A stretch of 64,000 bases of DNA. Origin: Candidatus Nomurabacteria bacterium (GTDB lineage Bacteria > Patescibacteriota > Minisyncoccia > Phycocordibacterales > CALRBL01). The stretch spans positions 65,338-129,337 of the forward strand of contig CAWIDS010000001.1 in the NCBI GenBank assembly GCA_963834935.1, in the 5' to 3' direction. Below the pieces are notes generated by a model. That model had not been told where the DNA came from. It searched no databases and was given only the letters and a program-made list of their open reading frames with translations. The translations under genes were made by a program, and so were the position numbers. Below, in pieces: positions 18,852 to 29,317 of the stretch (positions are counted from its first letter, which is position 1; the number at the start of each line of letters is the position of its first letter).

Positions 18852-21541
18852 TTATCTCGCAACTTCTTTCGGAGAGCTTCGCATGATGCTTCCCTTCTTT
18901 CCTTTTTTCACTTCGAAGTTGAAATCCTTCACTCCCTTCGAGACTTCCTTCATGGTGACGCAGACGCTTCCGCCTTTCATCAAGCCGTCGCGGACGATGA
19001 GCGACGCGAGCGGAGTGAGGATCTTGTTCTGGATGAGCCGCTTCAAAGGGCGCGCTCCGTATTGAGGGTTGTATCCTTCTTTCGAGAGGAAGGATAGCAC
19101 TTCGGCTAAACATCAAGCTTGATCTCCTTTTGCATCAGTCGCTTCTTGACCTTGTCGACTTCGATAGCCACAATCTTCTCGATCGCTTCGGGAGACAGCA
19201 CGTCGAAAACGATGATCTCATCGAGGCGGTTGATGAATTCGGGTCGGAAATTATCCTTCAAGGAATCCATGACCTTGGTCTTCATTTCTTCATAGCGTTC
19301 CTTTTCACCTTCGCTTGTAGTGAAGCCGATCTTTTCCATGCGGTCGATGTACTGCGCGCCGATGTTCGAAGTGAGAATGATGATGGTGTTTTTGAAATTG
19401 ACTACTTTTCCTTTGGCATCAGTAAGACGGCCATTATCGAGAACCTGCAGCAGTATATTGAATACTTCAGGATGCGCCTTCTCGATCTCATCGAAAAGGA
19501 TGACGCTGTAAGGGCGGTGGCGGACAAGCTCAGTAAGATTGCCTCCTTCGTCGTGGCCGACGTAGCCCGGAGGTGCGCCGATGATCTTCGATACCGCATG
19601 CTTTTCCATATATTCAGACATATCCACGCGAATGAGAGCTTTGTCGTCATCGAACATGAATTCTGCGAGGGCTTTAGTGAGCTCCGTCTTTCCTACACCT
19701 GTCGGGCCGAGGAAAATGAATGAGCCTATAGGGCGGTTTGGATCGGCGATACCCGCGCGCGAGCGCTTGACGGTATCAGACACTTTCTTTACAGCTTCAT
19801 CCTGGCCGACAATCTTAGCAGTAAGCGATTCTACCATGCGGTTGAGCTTCTCGCGCTCTTCTTCAAGCATTCGAGAGACAGGAATTCCCGTCCAGCGCGA
19901 AACCACATCAGCAATCTCGCTTTCGGTAATCTCTTCTTTTATGATCCTTCGCGTGCTCTGAAGCTTCTTCAGGCGCTTGGTCTTAATGTCGAGTATCTTT
20001 TCCTGGTCGGGAATCTTGACGTAGCGGATCTCAGCAGCTTTCGAGAGATCTGCGCGAGCTTCGGCTGATTCAGCATCGAGACGCAAGCCTTCAAGATTTC
20101 TCTTTATGGTCTTGATGTCGGCGAACGTCTCTTTCTCATTCTTCCATCGCATCTCGATTTCCGAAGTCTTCTCCTTGAGATCGGCAATGTCTTTCTCTAT
20201 TTCCTTGATCCGGGCTTTGGCATTTTTGTTGCTGTCCATCTCATTCTTGAGCGCCTCTTTCTCTATCTCATAGCGCATTATTTTCCTATGAGCTTCTTCA
20301 AGGATAGGCGGCTTGTTCTCAAGTGATATTTTTAGATATGAAGCAGACTCGTCGATGAGGTCGACAGCCTTGTCTGGCAGGAACCGGTCAGTAATGTAGC
20401 GGCTCGAAAGCTCGACTGCCGATACGATAGCGTCATCAGTAATGCGGACGCCGTGATAGAGCTCGTACTTTTCCTTGAGTCCTCGAAGAATAGCCACTGC
20501 ATCCTCAATCGAAGGCTCATTCACATACACAGGCTGGAAACGGCGCGTGAGCGCAGGATCCTTCTCGATATGCTTCTGATATTCGCGAAGCGTCGTTGCT
20601 CCGATTGCACGAAGCTCACCACGAGAAAGCGCAGGCTTAAGCATGTTAGATGCATCAAGCGATCCTTCGGCAGCGCCAGCTCCCACGATCGTGTGTATCT
20701 CGTCGATGAAAAGAATTACTTTATCGCCTGAGCGTTCGATGTCTTTCAAAATGTTTTTTAATCGTTCCTCGAACTCTCCGCGGTATTTAGTGCCGGCAAC
20801 CAGGCTGCCCATGTCGAGCGAAACGAGGTCTTTGTCTTTCAGCGATTCAGGCACATCGCCGATGGCAATACGATTGGCCAAGCCTTCGGCAATCGAAGTC
20901 TTTCCGACTCCTGCCTCGCCGATGAGAATGGGGTTGTTTTTGGTGCGACGCGAAAGGATCTGGATGACCCGTCCTATTTCAGCATCGCGTCCAATGACCG
21001 GATCCAATTTGTTTTCACGGGCCAGCGAGGTGAGATTACGAGTGTATTTAAGAAGCGCCTTGAGCTTTTTGGGGTGATTGCCGTCAGATTGCTTGGTCTG
21101 CTTGAGCTCACCAAGCGCCTTGAGAATGTCAGTGCGGCTGATCTTGAATTTGTCGAGCATCTCGCGCGCCGGACTCGGCACATCAAAAAGGGCGATGAAA
21201 AGATGTTCGACTGAGACGAATTCGTCTTTGAGCGACGCGGCTACTTTTTCGGACGTCTCGATTATGGAAGCAAGCTCTGGCGTGAGATAAAGCTGGTATG
21301 AAGGCGAAAGGACCGACGACGCTTCGGCCGGCTCGATGGCTTCAAGCAATGAGTCAGAAAGAAGGATAGTGTCGATTTCTAAACTTTCGAGGAGAGAGAT
21401 GACGATACTATCCTCCTGAAGGAGAAGAGCTGTCATCAGATGCAACGGATTGACATGATTCTGGCCGCGCTCGATGGCGAACTCATGGGCTCGCCTGATT
21501 ATTTCCTTTGCTTTTGTCGTAAATTTATTTAGTGGTGGCAT
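18852..21541 (-). CDS. clpB: ClpB/ClpC-type AAA+ chaperone with an apparent 1-nt deletion near 19107
   Basis: GEAGVGKT, FIDEIHTIVGAG, middle coiled coil, GPTGVGKTE, PPGYVG; C-terminal YGARPLKR lies in the next frame (18852..19100). Confidence 0.92.
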
Positions 21542-21572
21542 TTTTATTTATGTTTTATTCTCTTGAATTATA

Positions 21573-22727
21573 CTACTTCTTCATAATAGTCAATATTTTT
21601 GCAATAAGACGGCTGACATCGCGTGATGTAGTGTATCTGCCAAGGGTGATGCGAAGGGAGCTGCGGGAACAATCGGTGTTTTTCTGTATAGCTTCCACTA
21701 CATACGATGACGAATCTTCGCTCAATGTCTTACAGCTCGTCACCGATGAGACAGCTGCGCCGAGCACATCCAAGCGAAGCACTGCATATTCGGCATCAAA
21801 GCCTGGCAGACATACATTGACATTATTCGGCAATCGCAGTTCCCTGTCGCCGTTGACGATGAGATTCGGCACTTCCCGCAGCAACGAGACGAAGATCCTT
21901 TCCCTTTCCTTTTTCAATCGCGCAGATTCCTTTTCATTTTTCGCTGCCGCGATTTTCAGTGCTTCCGCAAAGCCGACTATGCCTGCAATGTTTTCAGTTC
22001 CTGGTCTGACGCTTTCTTCCTGCCCGCCGCCGAACATGATCGGAGAAATTTGCACTCCATGCTTCTTGAAGAGCATGCCGACGCCTTTCGGACCGTAAAA
22101 CTTCGAGGAATCAAGAGTGAGAAAATCCGCACCCAAATCATTCACCCGCAGCGAAAGATACAAGGCTGCTTGACAGGCATCGACATGAAAAAGGACTTCG
22201 CGCGCTTTCAGTGTCTTTCCTATCTCGCGAATCGGCTGAATCGTGCCAATCTCATTGTTCGCATACATCACCGACACGAGCACCGTCTCTTTTTTCAATG
22301 CTTCTTCTATTTTTTTAGCTTTGACGATTCCGTTTTCTTCCGGAACGACATATGTTACTTCGGCGCCAAGAGCTTCCAAATGCCTAAAAACCTCGAGAAC
22401 AGAGGAATGTTCGATCGAAGTGGTGACAAAATGGATCCTCTCACTCTTTAATACGTTTTTATGATGGAAATAGGTGCCAAGAATAGCAATATTGTTCGAT
22501 TCCGTCCCGCCGCTCGTAAAGAAAACCTCGCCCTTCTGACATTGCAGGATCGAAGCCGTCGTTTTCCGCGAATCCTCGAGCGCTTTCTTGGTCTCCACCC
22601 CCTCACGGTACAACGACGATGAGTTGGCAAATTTACCACCCAAATACGGCTTCATTGCCCGAAAAACCCTTTTATCCAAAGGAGTTGCCGAAGCGTAGTC
22701 AAAATAGGCTCTTTTCTTAAATAACAT
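21573..22727 (-). CDS. Cysteine desulfurase (IscS/NifS family)
   Basis: YFDYASATP, TSGGTESNN, NNEIGTIQP, SSKFYGPKG, SSVTSC. Confidence 0.92.
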   Translation of the reverse strand: MLFKKRAYFDYASATPLDKRVFRAMKPYLGGKFANSSSLYREGVETKKALEDSRKTTASILQCQKGEVFFTSGGTESNNIAILGTYFHHKNVLKSERIHFVTTSIEHSSVLEVFRHLEALGAEVTYVVPEENGIVKAKKIEEALKKETVLVSVMYANNEIGTIQPIREIGKTLKAREVLFHVDACQAALYLSLRVNDLGADFLTLDSSKFYGPKGVGMLFKKHGVQISPIMFGGGQEESVRPGTENIAGIVGFAEALKIAAAKNEKESARLKKERERIFVSLLREVPNLIVNGDRELRLPNNVNVCLPGFDAEYAVLRLDVLGAAVSSVTSCKTLSEDSSSYVVEAIQKNTDCSRSSLRITLGRYTTSRDVSRLIAKILTIMKK

Positions 22728-22738
22728 GCCCAGATACT

Positions 22739-22862
22739 AGCATAAAGTAGCAAATATCATGTATTCTGCGGCATGAATTTTTCCTTCACTAAAGCAGCAG
22801 GATAGCCTAACCCGTTCGGTCAAAATATGCCGCAGACTACATGAGATATGTCATTTTATGCT
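22739..22862. repeat. Long imperfect inverted repeat in the divergent intergenic region
   Basis: TCATGTA-T-TCTGCGGCAT (22757-22774) versus ATGCCGCAGA-C-TACATGA (22827-22844), with outer AGCATAAAGT/ATTTTATGCT. Confidence 0.75.
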
Positions 22863-22913
22863 TTATTTTACTTGTTTTTTAAGAAAAACTGTGGTATTTT
22901 GCAATAATCACTT

Positions 22914-24380
22914 ATGAAAAATCGTCCGCCAATCGTAGCCATTCTCGGGCATATCGACCATGGAAAGTCGACGCTTTTGGACTATATTCGCAAATCGAAC
23001 ATTACTGAGAAGGAGACGGGTGGAATCACCCAGAACATGTCGGCTTATGAAGTGGAAAAAGATGGAAAGAAAATCACTTTCCTCGATACACCAGGACATG
23101 AAGCCTTTCAGAAGCTTCGCGGACAAGGAGCGAAAGTAGCGGACATCGGCATCTTGGTGGTTTCAGCGGAAGACGGAGTGAAGACCCAAACCATTGAAGC
23201 GCTCAAAGCCATCCTTGAAGCCAAGCTTCCTTACATCGTCGCCATCAACAAGATCGACAAGGAAGGCGCTGACCTCGAATGCACCAAGCAAAGCCTTTTG
23301 GAAAATGAGATTTACGTCGAAGGATACGGCGGAAGCATTCCTTATGTTCCCGTTTCAGCAAAGACAGGCAAAGGAGTTCCCGAGCTACTCGACATGATCA
23401 GCCTGCTTTCGGAAATGGAAGAAATTACCGCCGATCCGAGCATTCCCGCAAAAGGAATCGTTCTCGAGACCAATCACGACAAGGCACGCGGAGTTTCAGC
23501 GGTACTCATCATAAAAGACGGAACTTTGAAAAGCGGAATGTTCGTGGCATCAGAAGAAGCTTTCGCGCCGGTCCGCATCTTCGAGAATAGCTCAGGCTCC
23601 CCTATCAAGGAAGCAACATTCTCTGCTCCAGTCCGAGTTGTCGGCTGGAACGGCACGCCGCGCGTCGGTGCCACATTCGCATCATTCGCTTCGAAGAAAG
23701 AAGCTGAGGAAGCTGTCGAAAGCTACAAGAAAAATAATTCTCAAACGAAAGTTCAGAACAAGAAACCTCTTCCCGCTGTCTTTGTTCCTGTTGTCATAAA
23801 AGCGAATACCTCAGGCGTCCTTGAAGCGATCGAGCACGAGATACGGAAATACGAGACCGAGAATATCGGCGTCAACATCGTCGCAGCCGGCGTCGGAGAC
23901 ATCTCAGAGAATGACATCAAGCTCGCATCCGCCAATGAAAAGACCTTGGTCATCGGCTTCAATACCAAGATCTACCCTTCCGCCTTTTCTCACGCCGATA
24001 AAACAGGAATTGAGGTAAAAGTGTTCGACATCATCTACAAGCTCGGAGATTGGGTGAAGGAAGTGATAGCCGAGCGCACTCCACGTGTCGAAGTCGAAGA
24101 AGAGCGAGGAAAAATAAAAGTATTGAAGATTTTCAGCAAGACCAAAGACAAGCAGATCGTCGGAGGCCGCGTCGAGCAAGGTTCGATCGCCTTGAATGAC
24201 GAAGTGAAGATCTTCCGTCGCGAAGCGGAAATCGGCACCGGCCGCGTCCGCGAACTTCAGCAAGCTAAAGCAAAAACCAGCGAAGTGAAAGAGGGTTTGG
24301 AATTCGGTTCAATGATCGAATCAAAAATAGAAATCGCTCCTGGAGACTATCTGAAACCGATTGCTATCGTCGTAAAATAA
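22914..24380 (+). CDS. infB: Translation initiation factor IF-2, lacking the N-terminal domain
   Basis: RPPIVAILGHIDHGKSTLLD, GGITQ, DTPGHEAF, NKID. Confidence 0.96.
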   Translation: MKNRPPIVAILGHIDHGKSTLLDYIRKSNITEKETGGITQNMSAYEVEKDGKKITFLDTPGHEAFQKLRGQGAKVADIGILVVSAEDGVKTQTIEALKAILEAKLPYIVAINKIDKEGADLECTKQSLLENEIYVEGYGGSIPYVPVSAKTGKGVPELLDMISLLSEMEEITADPSIPAKGIVLETNHDKARGVSAVLIIKDGTLKSGMFVASEEAFAPVRIFENSSGSPIKEATFSAPVRVVGWNGTPRVGATFASFASKKEAEEAVESYKKNNSQTKVQNKKPLPAVFVPVVIKANTSGVLEAIEHEIRKYETENIGVNIVAAGVGDISENDIKLASANEKTLVIGFNTKIYPSAFSHADKTGIEVKVFDIIYKLGDWVKEVIAERTPRVEVEEERGKIKVLKIFSKTKDKQIVGGRVEQGSIALNDEVKIFRREAEIGTGRVRELQQAKAKTSEVKEGLEFGSMIESKIEIAPGDYLKPIAIVVK

Positions 24381-24693
24381 TGACTTACCACAACGAAAAA
24401 ATGAATGAGGAGATCCGACACCTCGCAGGAGAATTCCTCTCCCGCGAGTCGAATCGCGATGCCCTGATCACTGTCACTCGCATCGCTATGAGCGAAGATA
24501 CTAAATACGCCACGATTCTTTTCACCGTCCTTCCTGAGAACAAAGAGCACGCTGTCCTCGATTTCCTCAAGCGCCAGCGCCGCGACTTCAAACACTACGT
24601 CATGACCCACTCCAAGATCGGCCGCGTCCCCTTCTTCGATTTCGAAGTCGACAACGGCCAGAAAAGCGCTGACAAGATTTACGCTATGAATAG
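24380..24693 (+). CDS. rbfA: Ribosome-binding factor A (as given reads to 24742; probable true stop 24691-24693)
   Basis: Follows infB; LITVTRIAMSEDTKYATI, GRVPFFDFEVD. Confidence 0.85.
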
Positions 24694-25168
24694 ACACTAC
24701 TCGATATCCGTAATATTTCATATCCCCCGTCACTACTTTTAAGTTGTAAGGGAAATCCTCAATACTAAAATTTTTTCTGTCATTTTCATTTTCCGCATCA
24801 ACCTCCAGAATTCTTAATTTTTCCCCTTTAAATTCATCATACTTCAAAGAGAAAGAAATATCGTTTTGAACAAAATCAAACTCATAGCGTTTTTTCTCAA
24901 GATGAACTATTGAGGATTTCAGAAGTTCTTCATATTCTTCCTTATCAAGTTTTCTTTTATTGGTCTTTCTATTACCATCAATAGTTACTTTTTCCACCAT
25001 TAAGAACTGAACTTCTCCATTTTCAAAATTTTTAAAAACAATTTTCTTTTCGCTTTCTTCTTCTTTAGTTATCCAATCCACAATTAACGTAAATGAAATT
25101 GCATTATTTTTCTTCAGGAAATCAGTATCTATATCATCTACTATAAATTTTCTTGCGTTGTCTTCCAT
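24684..25168 (-). CDS. AT-rich CYTH-like domain protein
   Basis: RKF near the N-terminus, LEKKRYEF, YDEFKG, ILEVD, VTGDMKY; stop inferred from one indel at 24689-24690. Confidence 0.6.
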
Positions 25169-25171
25169 TTG

Positions 25172-25253
25172 TGCGCGGGAGAGGACTCGAACCTCCATGC
25201 CTTACGGCACCAGTTCCTAAGACTGGCGTGGCTACCAATTACACCACCCGCGC
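25172..25253 (-). tRNA. tRNA-Leu(TAG)
   Basis: GCGCGGG/CCCGCGC acceptor, CCAGT-CTTAGGA-ACTGG arm, variable arm; CCA not encoded. Confidence 0.95.
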
Positions 25254-25281
25254 ATAATTTTATACTTACCGAATTACCGAG

Positions 25282-25354
25282 TCCACCCAGCAGGGATCGA
25301 ACCTGCGACCTTATCCTTAAGAGGCATCTGCTCTACCAGCTGAGCTATGGGTGG
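25282..25354 (-). tRNA. tRNA-Lys(CTT)
   Basis: CCACCCA/TGGGTGG acceptor, TAGCTCAGCTGGTAGAGC, loop CTCTTAA, GTTCGATCC; anticodon stem has two mismatches. Confidence 0.85.
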
Positions 25355-25435
25355 ATATCCTTCTTATATCCTCAAGAAGGTTTGTTTTTTATAGCATTTT
25401 TCGGGTAAATAGACAAACATTTACCCTTTGAAAAA

Positions 25436-25751
25436 CTACTTTACAACTGCAGGAACTGCTTTCTCTTGGCTCAATTCAATTTCCAATCCTCCGGTGTACT
25501 TCGCTGCAAGATTATAAATCGATCCCATGATGATTCCGAGGATAAAACCTAGAACTCCATAAATGATTGGTATGAGGACGAGCGCCAATATTCCTACAAC
25601 AAGACTGGCTATGGCACCTCTGCTGTGATTCACCGCTGCTGAAATGATAAATATGAGAGCGAAAATCACTCCAAATATTGCCCCTAGAAAAGCATACAAG
25701 AAACCAAACATCTACCTGCTGTTAACACTCCAATTTTTTTATTTTAAACAT
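25436..25751 (-). CDS. Small two-TM membrane protein (DUF3566-like), 5' part apparently frameshifted
   Basis: IYNLAAKYTGGLEIEL C-terminus; restoring two bases gives MFKIKKIGVLTAG.MFGFLY from ATG 25751. Confidence 0.6.
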
Positions 25752-25758
25752 AGTTAAA

Positions 25759-27564
25759 TTATACTATTCTGCTTACCCTTTGACCATCTTCAAAAAAAGT
25801 CTCGTGCGGAATATTCACCTTTCCCCGCGCCTGCATTTTCTTCTTTCCTTTCTTCTGCTTTTCGCGGAGCTTCATCTTTCGGGTAATGTCTCCCCCGTAC
25901 ATGTGCTGAGTCACGTCTTTCTTGAAAGCGGAAAGCGTTTCTGAAGAGAGGATGCGGCCGAGCGCTTTTCCTTGGATCTTGGTGGTGAACATCTGGCGCG
26001 GCAAGACGCTGTGCAGACGCTTCACCGCTTTCTCTGCCTCTTCCTGCACGCGACGGACGGCAACCACACGGCAAAATGCCTCGACGGGTTCTTCGGCCAC
26101 CAAAATATCCAGACGTGTCACGTCGGCATTTCGCATGTCGTCAAATTCATATGAAAGCGAACCGAAGCCCGAGGAAACGCTTTTGAGCTCGTCGAAAAAG
26201 TTCCGCATCAATTCGCGAAGCGGCATTTTCACATTCAAAGTTGTTCTTCCATCGCCGAATGTCTCCGAGTCACCGATTTCCCCTTCATGCTCATACAAAA
26301 GCTGCAAGATCGGCCCGACATACGATGCTGGCGTGATTATCTTCATTTTCACCCACGGTTCCAAGACGCTTTCGATGTCTCCATGCTCGGGGAAAAACGA
26401 AGGAGAATAGATGATTTCAGTCTTGCCGTTTTTCTTTTTAACTTGGTAAGTGATCGACGGCGTAGCAATAACGAGAGCAAGGTGGAATTCCCTCTTCAAG
26501 CGCTCGGTGATAATTTCCAAGTGGAGAAGTCCAAGAAATCCGCAACGGAAACCGCGACCAAGAGATCCGGATGATTCTTCTTCATATGAAAATGACGAGT
26601 CCGAAAGACGAAGCTTTCCAAGAGCTTGCTTCAAGACATCGAAGTCGTCCGCGTCCTCGGGATAGATCGAGGCCCACACCACCGGACTAGGCGACATGTA
26701 TCCAGGCAATACATCAGCAGGATTTTTAAGAGTAGTGATGGTATCTCCAACCGATGCGATACCCGGTTTCTTGATTCCCGTCACGATGTAGCCAATGTCT
26801 CCCGCTTTGATTTCATCGCGGGGTTCTTCATCAGGCGTGAACACGCCCACTTCAAGCGAAGTAAATTTTTCATTCGCCACTTTGAAAAGTAGCGGCATGT
26901 TTTTTGAAAGGCTTCCGCCGAACATGCGGATATAGACAATCACGCCCTTGTGGTTTGAATAATGGAAATCGAAGACGAGAGCCTTCGCCTGATCAGCATC
27001 TTCCACTTTCGGAGGAGGAACTCGTTTGATGATTTCCTGCAAAAGCGTATCAACACCCATTCCTGTTTTTCCTGACGTCTCGATGATGTCCGAATCCTCG
27101 CAATCCAAAAGGGTACACATTTCCTGCTTGATTTCCTTGATCCGCGCCAGAGGAGAATCCACTTTCGAAAGGACCGGTATAATGGTCAGTCCGCTATCGC
27201 GCGCCATTTGAAGCGTAGTCAATGTCTGTGCCTGTACGCCTTGAGTGCTGTCCACCAGAAGAATGGAGCCCTCTACCGCTTTGAGTGCACGCGATACTTC
27301 ATAGAAGAAGTCGATATGGCCCGGCGTGTCGATCAAGTTCAAGGTATACGGAGTATTTTCGTAAGAATATTCCATGCGCACCGGCCGCATCTTGATGGTG
27401 ATTCCCTTCTCGCGCTCAAGCTCCATGCTGTCGAGCACCTGATCCTGCATCTTGCGGGCAGGAATGGTATTGGTGATTTCGAGCATACGATCAGCCAATG
27501 TCGACTTTCCATGGTCGATGTGGGCGATGATGCTGAAATTTCTGACTCGTACGAGAGGGTTCAT
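25759..27564 (-). CDS. lepA: Elongation factor 4
   Basis: RNFSIIAHIDHGKSTLADR, GFRCGFLGLLHLEI, YGGDITRKMKL; one extra base in the run at ~25792-25798 probably alters the tail (true stop ~25773). Confidence 0.97.
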   Translation of the reverse strand: MNPLVRVRNFSIIAHIDHGKSTLADRMLEITNTIPARKMQDQVLDSMELEREKGITIKMRPVRMEYSYENTPYTLNLIDTPGHIDFFYEVSRALKAVEGSILLVDSTQGVQAQTLTTLQMARDSGLTIIPVLSKVDSPLARIKEIKQEMCTLLDCEDSDIIETSGKTGMGVDTLLQEIIKRVPPPKVEDADQAKALVFDFHYSNHKGVIVYIRMFGGSLSKNMPLLFKVANEKFTSLEVGVFTPDEEPRDEIKAGDIGYIVTGIKKPGIASVGDTITTLKNPADVLPGYMSPSPVVWASIYPEDADDFDVLKQALGKLRLSDSSFSYEEESSGSLGRGFRCGFLGLLHLEIITERLKREFHLALVIATPSITYQVKKKNGKTEIIYSPSFFPEHGDIESVLEPWVKMKIITPASYVGPILQLLYEHEGEIGDSETFGDGRTTLNVKMPLRELMRNFFDELKSVSSGFGSLSYEFDDMRNADVTRLDILVAEEPVEAFCRVVAVRRVQEEAEKAVKRLHSVLPRQMFTTKIQGKALGRILSSETLSAFKKDVTQHMYGGDITRKMKLREKQKKGKKKMQARGKVNIPHETFFEDGQRVSRIV

Positions 27565-27628
27565 GACGTCATACTAACAGAAACCCTAGTAAAAACAAAA
27601 GTTTGGTTTATTGTTTTTGTTAGGGTTT

Positions 27629-29317
27629 CTACTCGATCTGTTCTGTTTCAAGCACCACATCTTTCGCACCGAAAATCTTCTTGGGAATGAGGCCGAAAAT
27701 CTCCACGAGCTCGGGGCTCTTGAGCAATGAGAGAAGGCCCACGCCAGCAAGGATGCCGATGATGCCAGCAATGAAGCCTTGGAAGAAGATTCCGACTGAA
27801 GTATTCAGATCAAGGTAGCGTGACAAGGCATTGAGAGAAAGAAAAGTAATGAAGCCCATGATGACCGCTGTCGAGAAACTCTGGTAGAACGTCTTGCGGA
27901 GGGTGAGGAACTTCATCTTGAAATCCATCTCGAAGCAGATCCAAAGCACCACCATGTTGATAAGCGTGCCAATCGAGTAGCCGAGAGGAATGGTGAGGAC
28001 AATCGAACCGGGAATGTCATTTACCTTGAACAGGTTCTCGATGAAATACTGGAAGACCGGATTGCTTTTCCAAAGAAGTATGAAAAACCACGGCAAGGTG
28101 ATAGTGAGGAAGGATGAGGTGATGTTGATATAAAGTGGCTTGCGTGTATTGCTGCCGGCATAGTAGGCGCGGATGAAGAGAAGCTCGAGACCTTGGGCGA
28201 CCAGCGATATGACGAACAATGCGAGGCTTGCTGCCGTAAGACGGGTGTCATTCCAACCGAAATGCCCTGAGCCGAGAATGGTACGCACGATCTGGGCGCG
28301 GAGCACGATGAAAAGCGATGTTACCGGCAGCGACCAGAAGATAATATGCCGCGCTGCCACTTCAAGATGTTCGCCGAACTTGGCCCTCTGCCCGCTTGAG
28401 AAGAGCTTGCTCAAGGTCGGAAATGCTGCCAGCGAATAACTCACGCCGATGATGGCGAAAGGCACTGATTGGAGATTGAGGGAAAGATTGAAGATGGAAA
28501 TGGATCCCGCCGTCATGAACGAGGCATATGAGGTGATAAAAATAAGCTCAAGGCTATTGAGCGAAAGCGTAAGCGTGCGCGGAAATGAGAGCCGTGCGAC
28601 TTTCTTGAGCTTCTCCATGTGCATTTTCCAGGTGAAGACCGGCAGCATGTCCAAGCTCTTGATGTACGGGATCTGGATGGCAAAATGCAGTATGCTTCCA
28701 AGTACCACGCCGGCCACTATTCCGTCCAATCCGAAATGAGGCGCAAGAGCCACGATACCGAAGATGATCGCACCGTTATAGAAAAGGGGGCTCAAGGCGA
28801 AGAGGAAGAATCTCTTGGTTACCTGTGTGATCGAACCAAGAAGGTTCGATATGCCGAGCGCCACCGGCTGTATGAGCAAAATCCTTGAAATGAGTATGAA
28901 TTGCGGCCGCAGGCTCTCGTTCGCAAGCGTCGGCAAGATGATATGCGAGAGATACGGCATCAGCGCATATGCGAGCGCAGATACCAGAACCATCATGATC
29001 ATGTACGAGCTAAAGACGGTATTGATAAAAGTCTTTGATTCTTCGTTCTCTTCCCCTTTCTTCAGCCTGTCGGCGAGGAAAGGAATGAGAACGGCAATGG
29101 AGACGAGTGATGCGACGGACGAAAAGATGAAATCCGGCACGCGGAATGCGGAATAATAAATATCAAGGATGCTGCTGGCGCCGAAGGTATGAGCCAGGAG
29201 CCGGTCGCGGATGAGGGCGAGAAGCTGCGAAAGGAAAGCGAATATAGCCAGGAGATAGGCGGCATTATGCACGCTGCTTATTTCCTTCTCGATCATTGAA
29301 AAAAGTTTTCTTACCAT
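27629..29317 (-). CDS. murJ: Lipid II flippase MurJ/MviN
   Basis: LIRDRLLAHTFGA, AFRVPD, AAFPTLS, RAYYAGSNTRKP, many TM helices. Confidence 0.88.
   Translation of the reverse strand: MVRKLFSMIEKEISSVHNAAYLLAIFAFLSQLLALIRDRLLAHTFGASSILDIYYSAFRVPDFIFSSVASLVSIAVLIPFLADRLKKGEENEESKTFINTVFSSYMIMMVLVSALAYALMPYLSHIILPTLANESLRPQFILISRILLIQPVALGISNLLGSITQVTKRFFLFALSPLFYNGAIIFGIVALAPHFGLDGIVAGVVLGSILHFAIQIPYIKSLDMLPVFTWKMHMEKLKKVARLSFPRTLTLSLNSLELIFITSYASFMTAGSISIFNLSLNLQSVPFAIIGVSYSLAAFPTLSKLFSSGQRAKFGEHLEVAARHIIFWSLPVTSLFIVLRAQIVRTILGSGHFGWNDTRLTAASLALFVISLVAQGLELLFIRAYYAGSNTRKPLYINITSSFLTITLPWFFILLWKSNPVFQYFIENLFKVNDIPGSIVLTIPLGYSIGTLINMVVLWICFEMDFKMKFLTLRKTFYQSFSTAVIMGFITFLSLNALSRYLDLNTSVGIFFQGFIAGIIGILAGVGLLSLLKSPELVEIFGLIPKKIFGAKDVVLETEQIE

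Noticed and set aside
19095-19120. Programmed frameshift or TAG read-through in clpB
   Set aside because: No slippery site; one added base restores the frame (for example KLDVSAEVLSF) and similar indels are widespread.
24347-25198. 283-aa ORF overlapping all of rbfA and part of a tRNA
   Set aside because: The N-terminus is tRNA sequence and the C-terminal extension disappears with a single-base correction.
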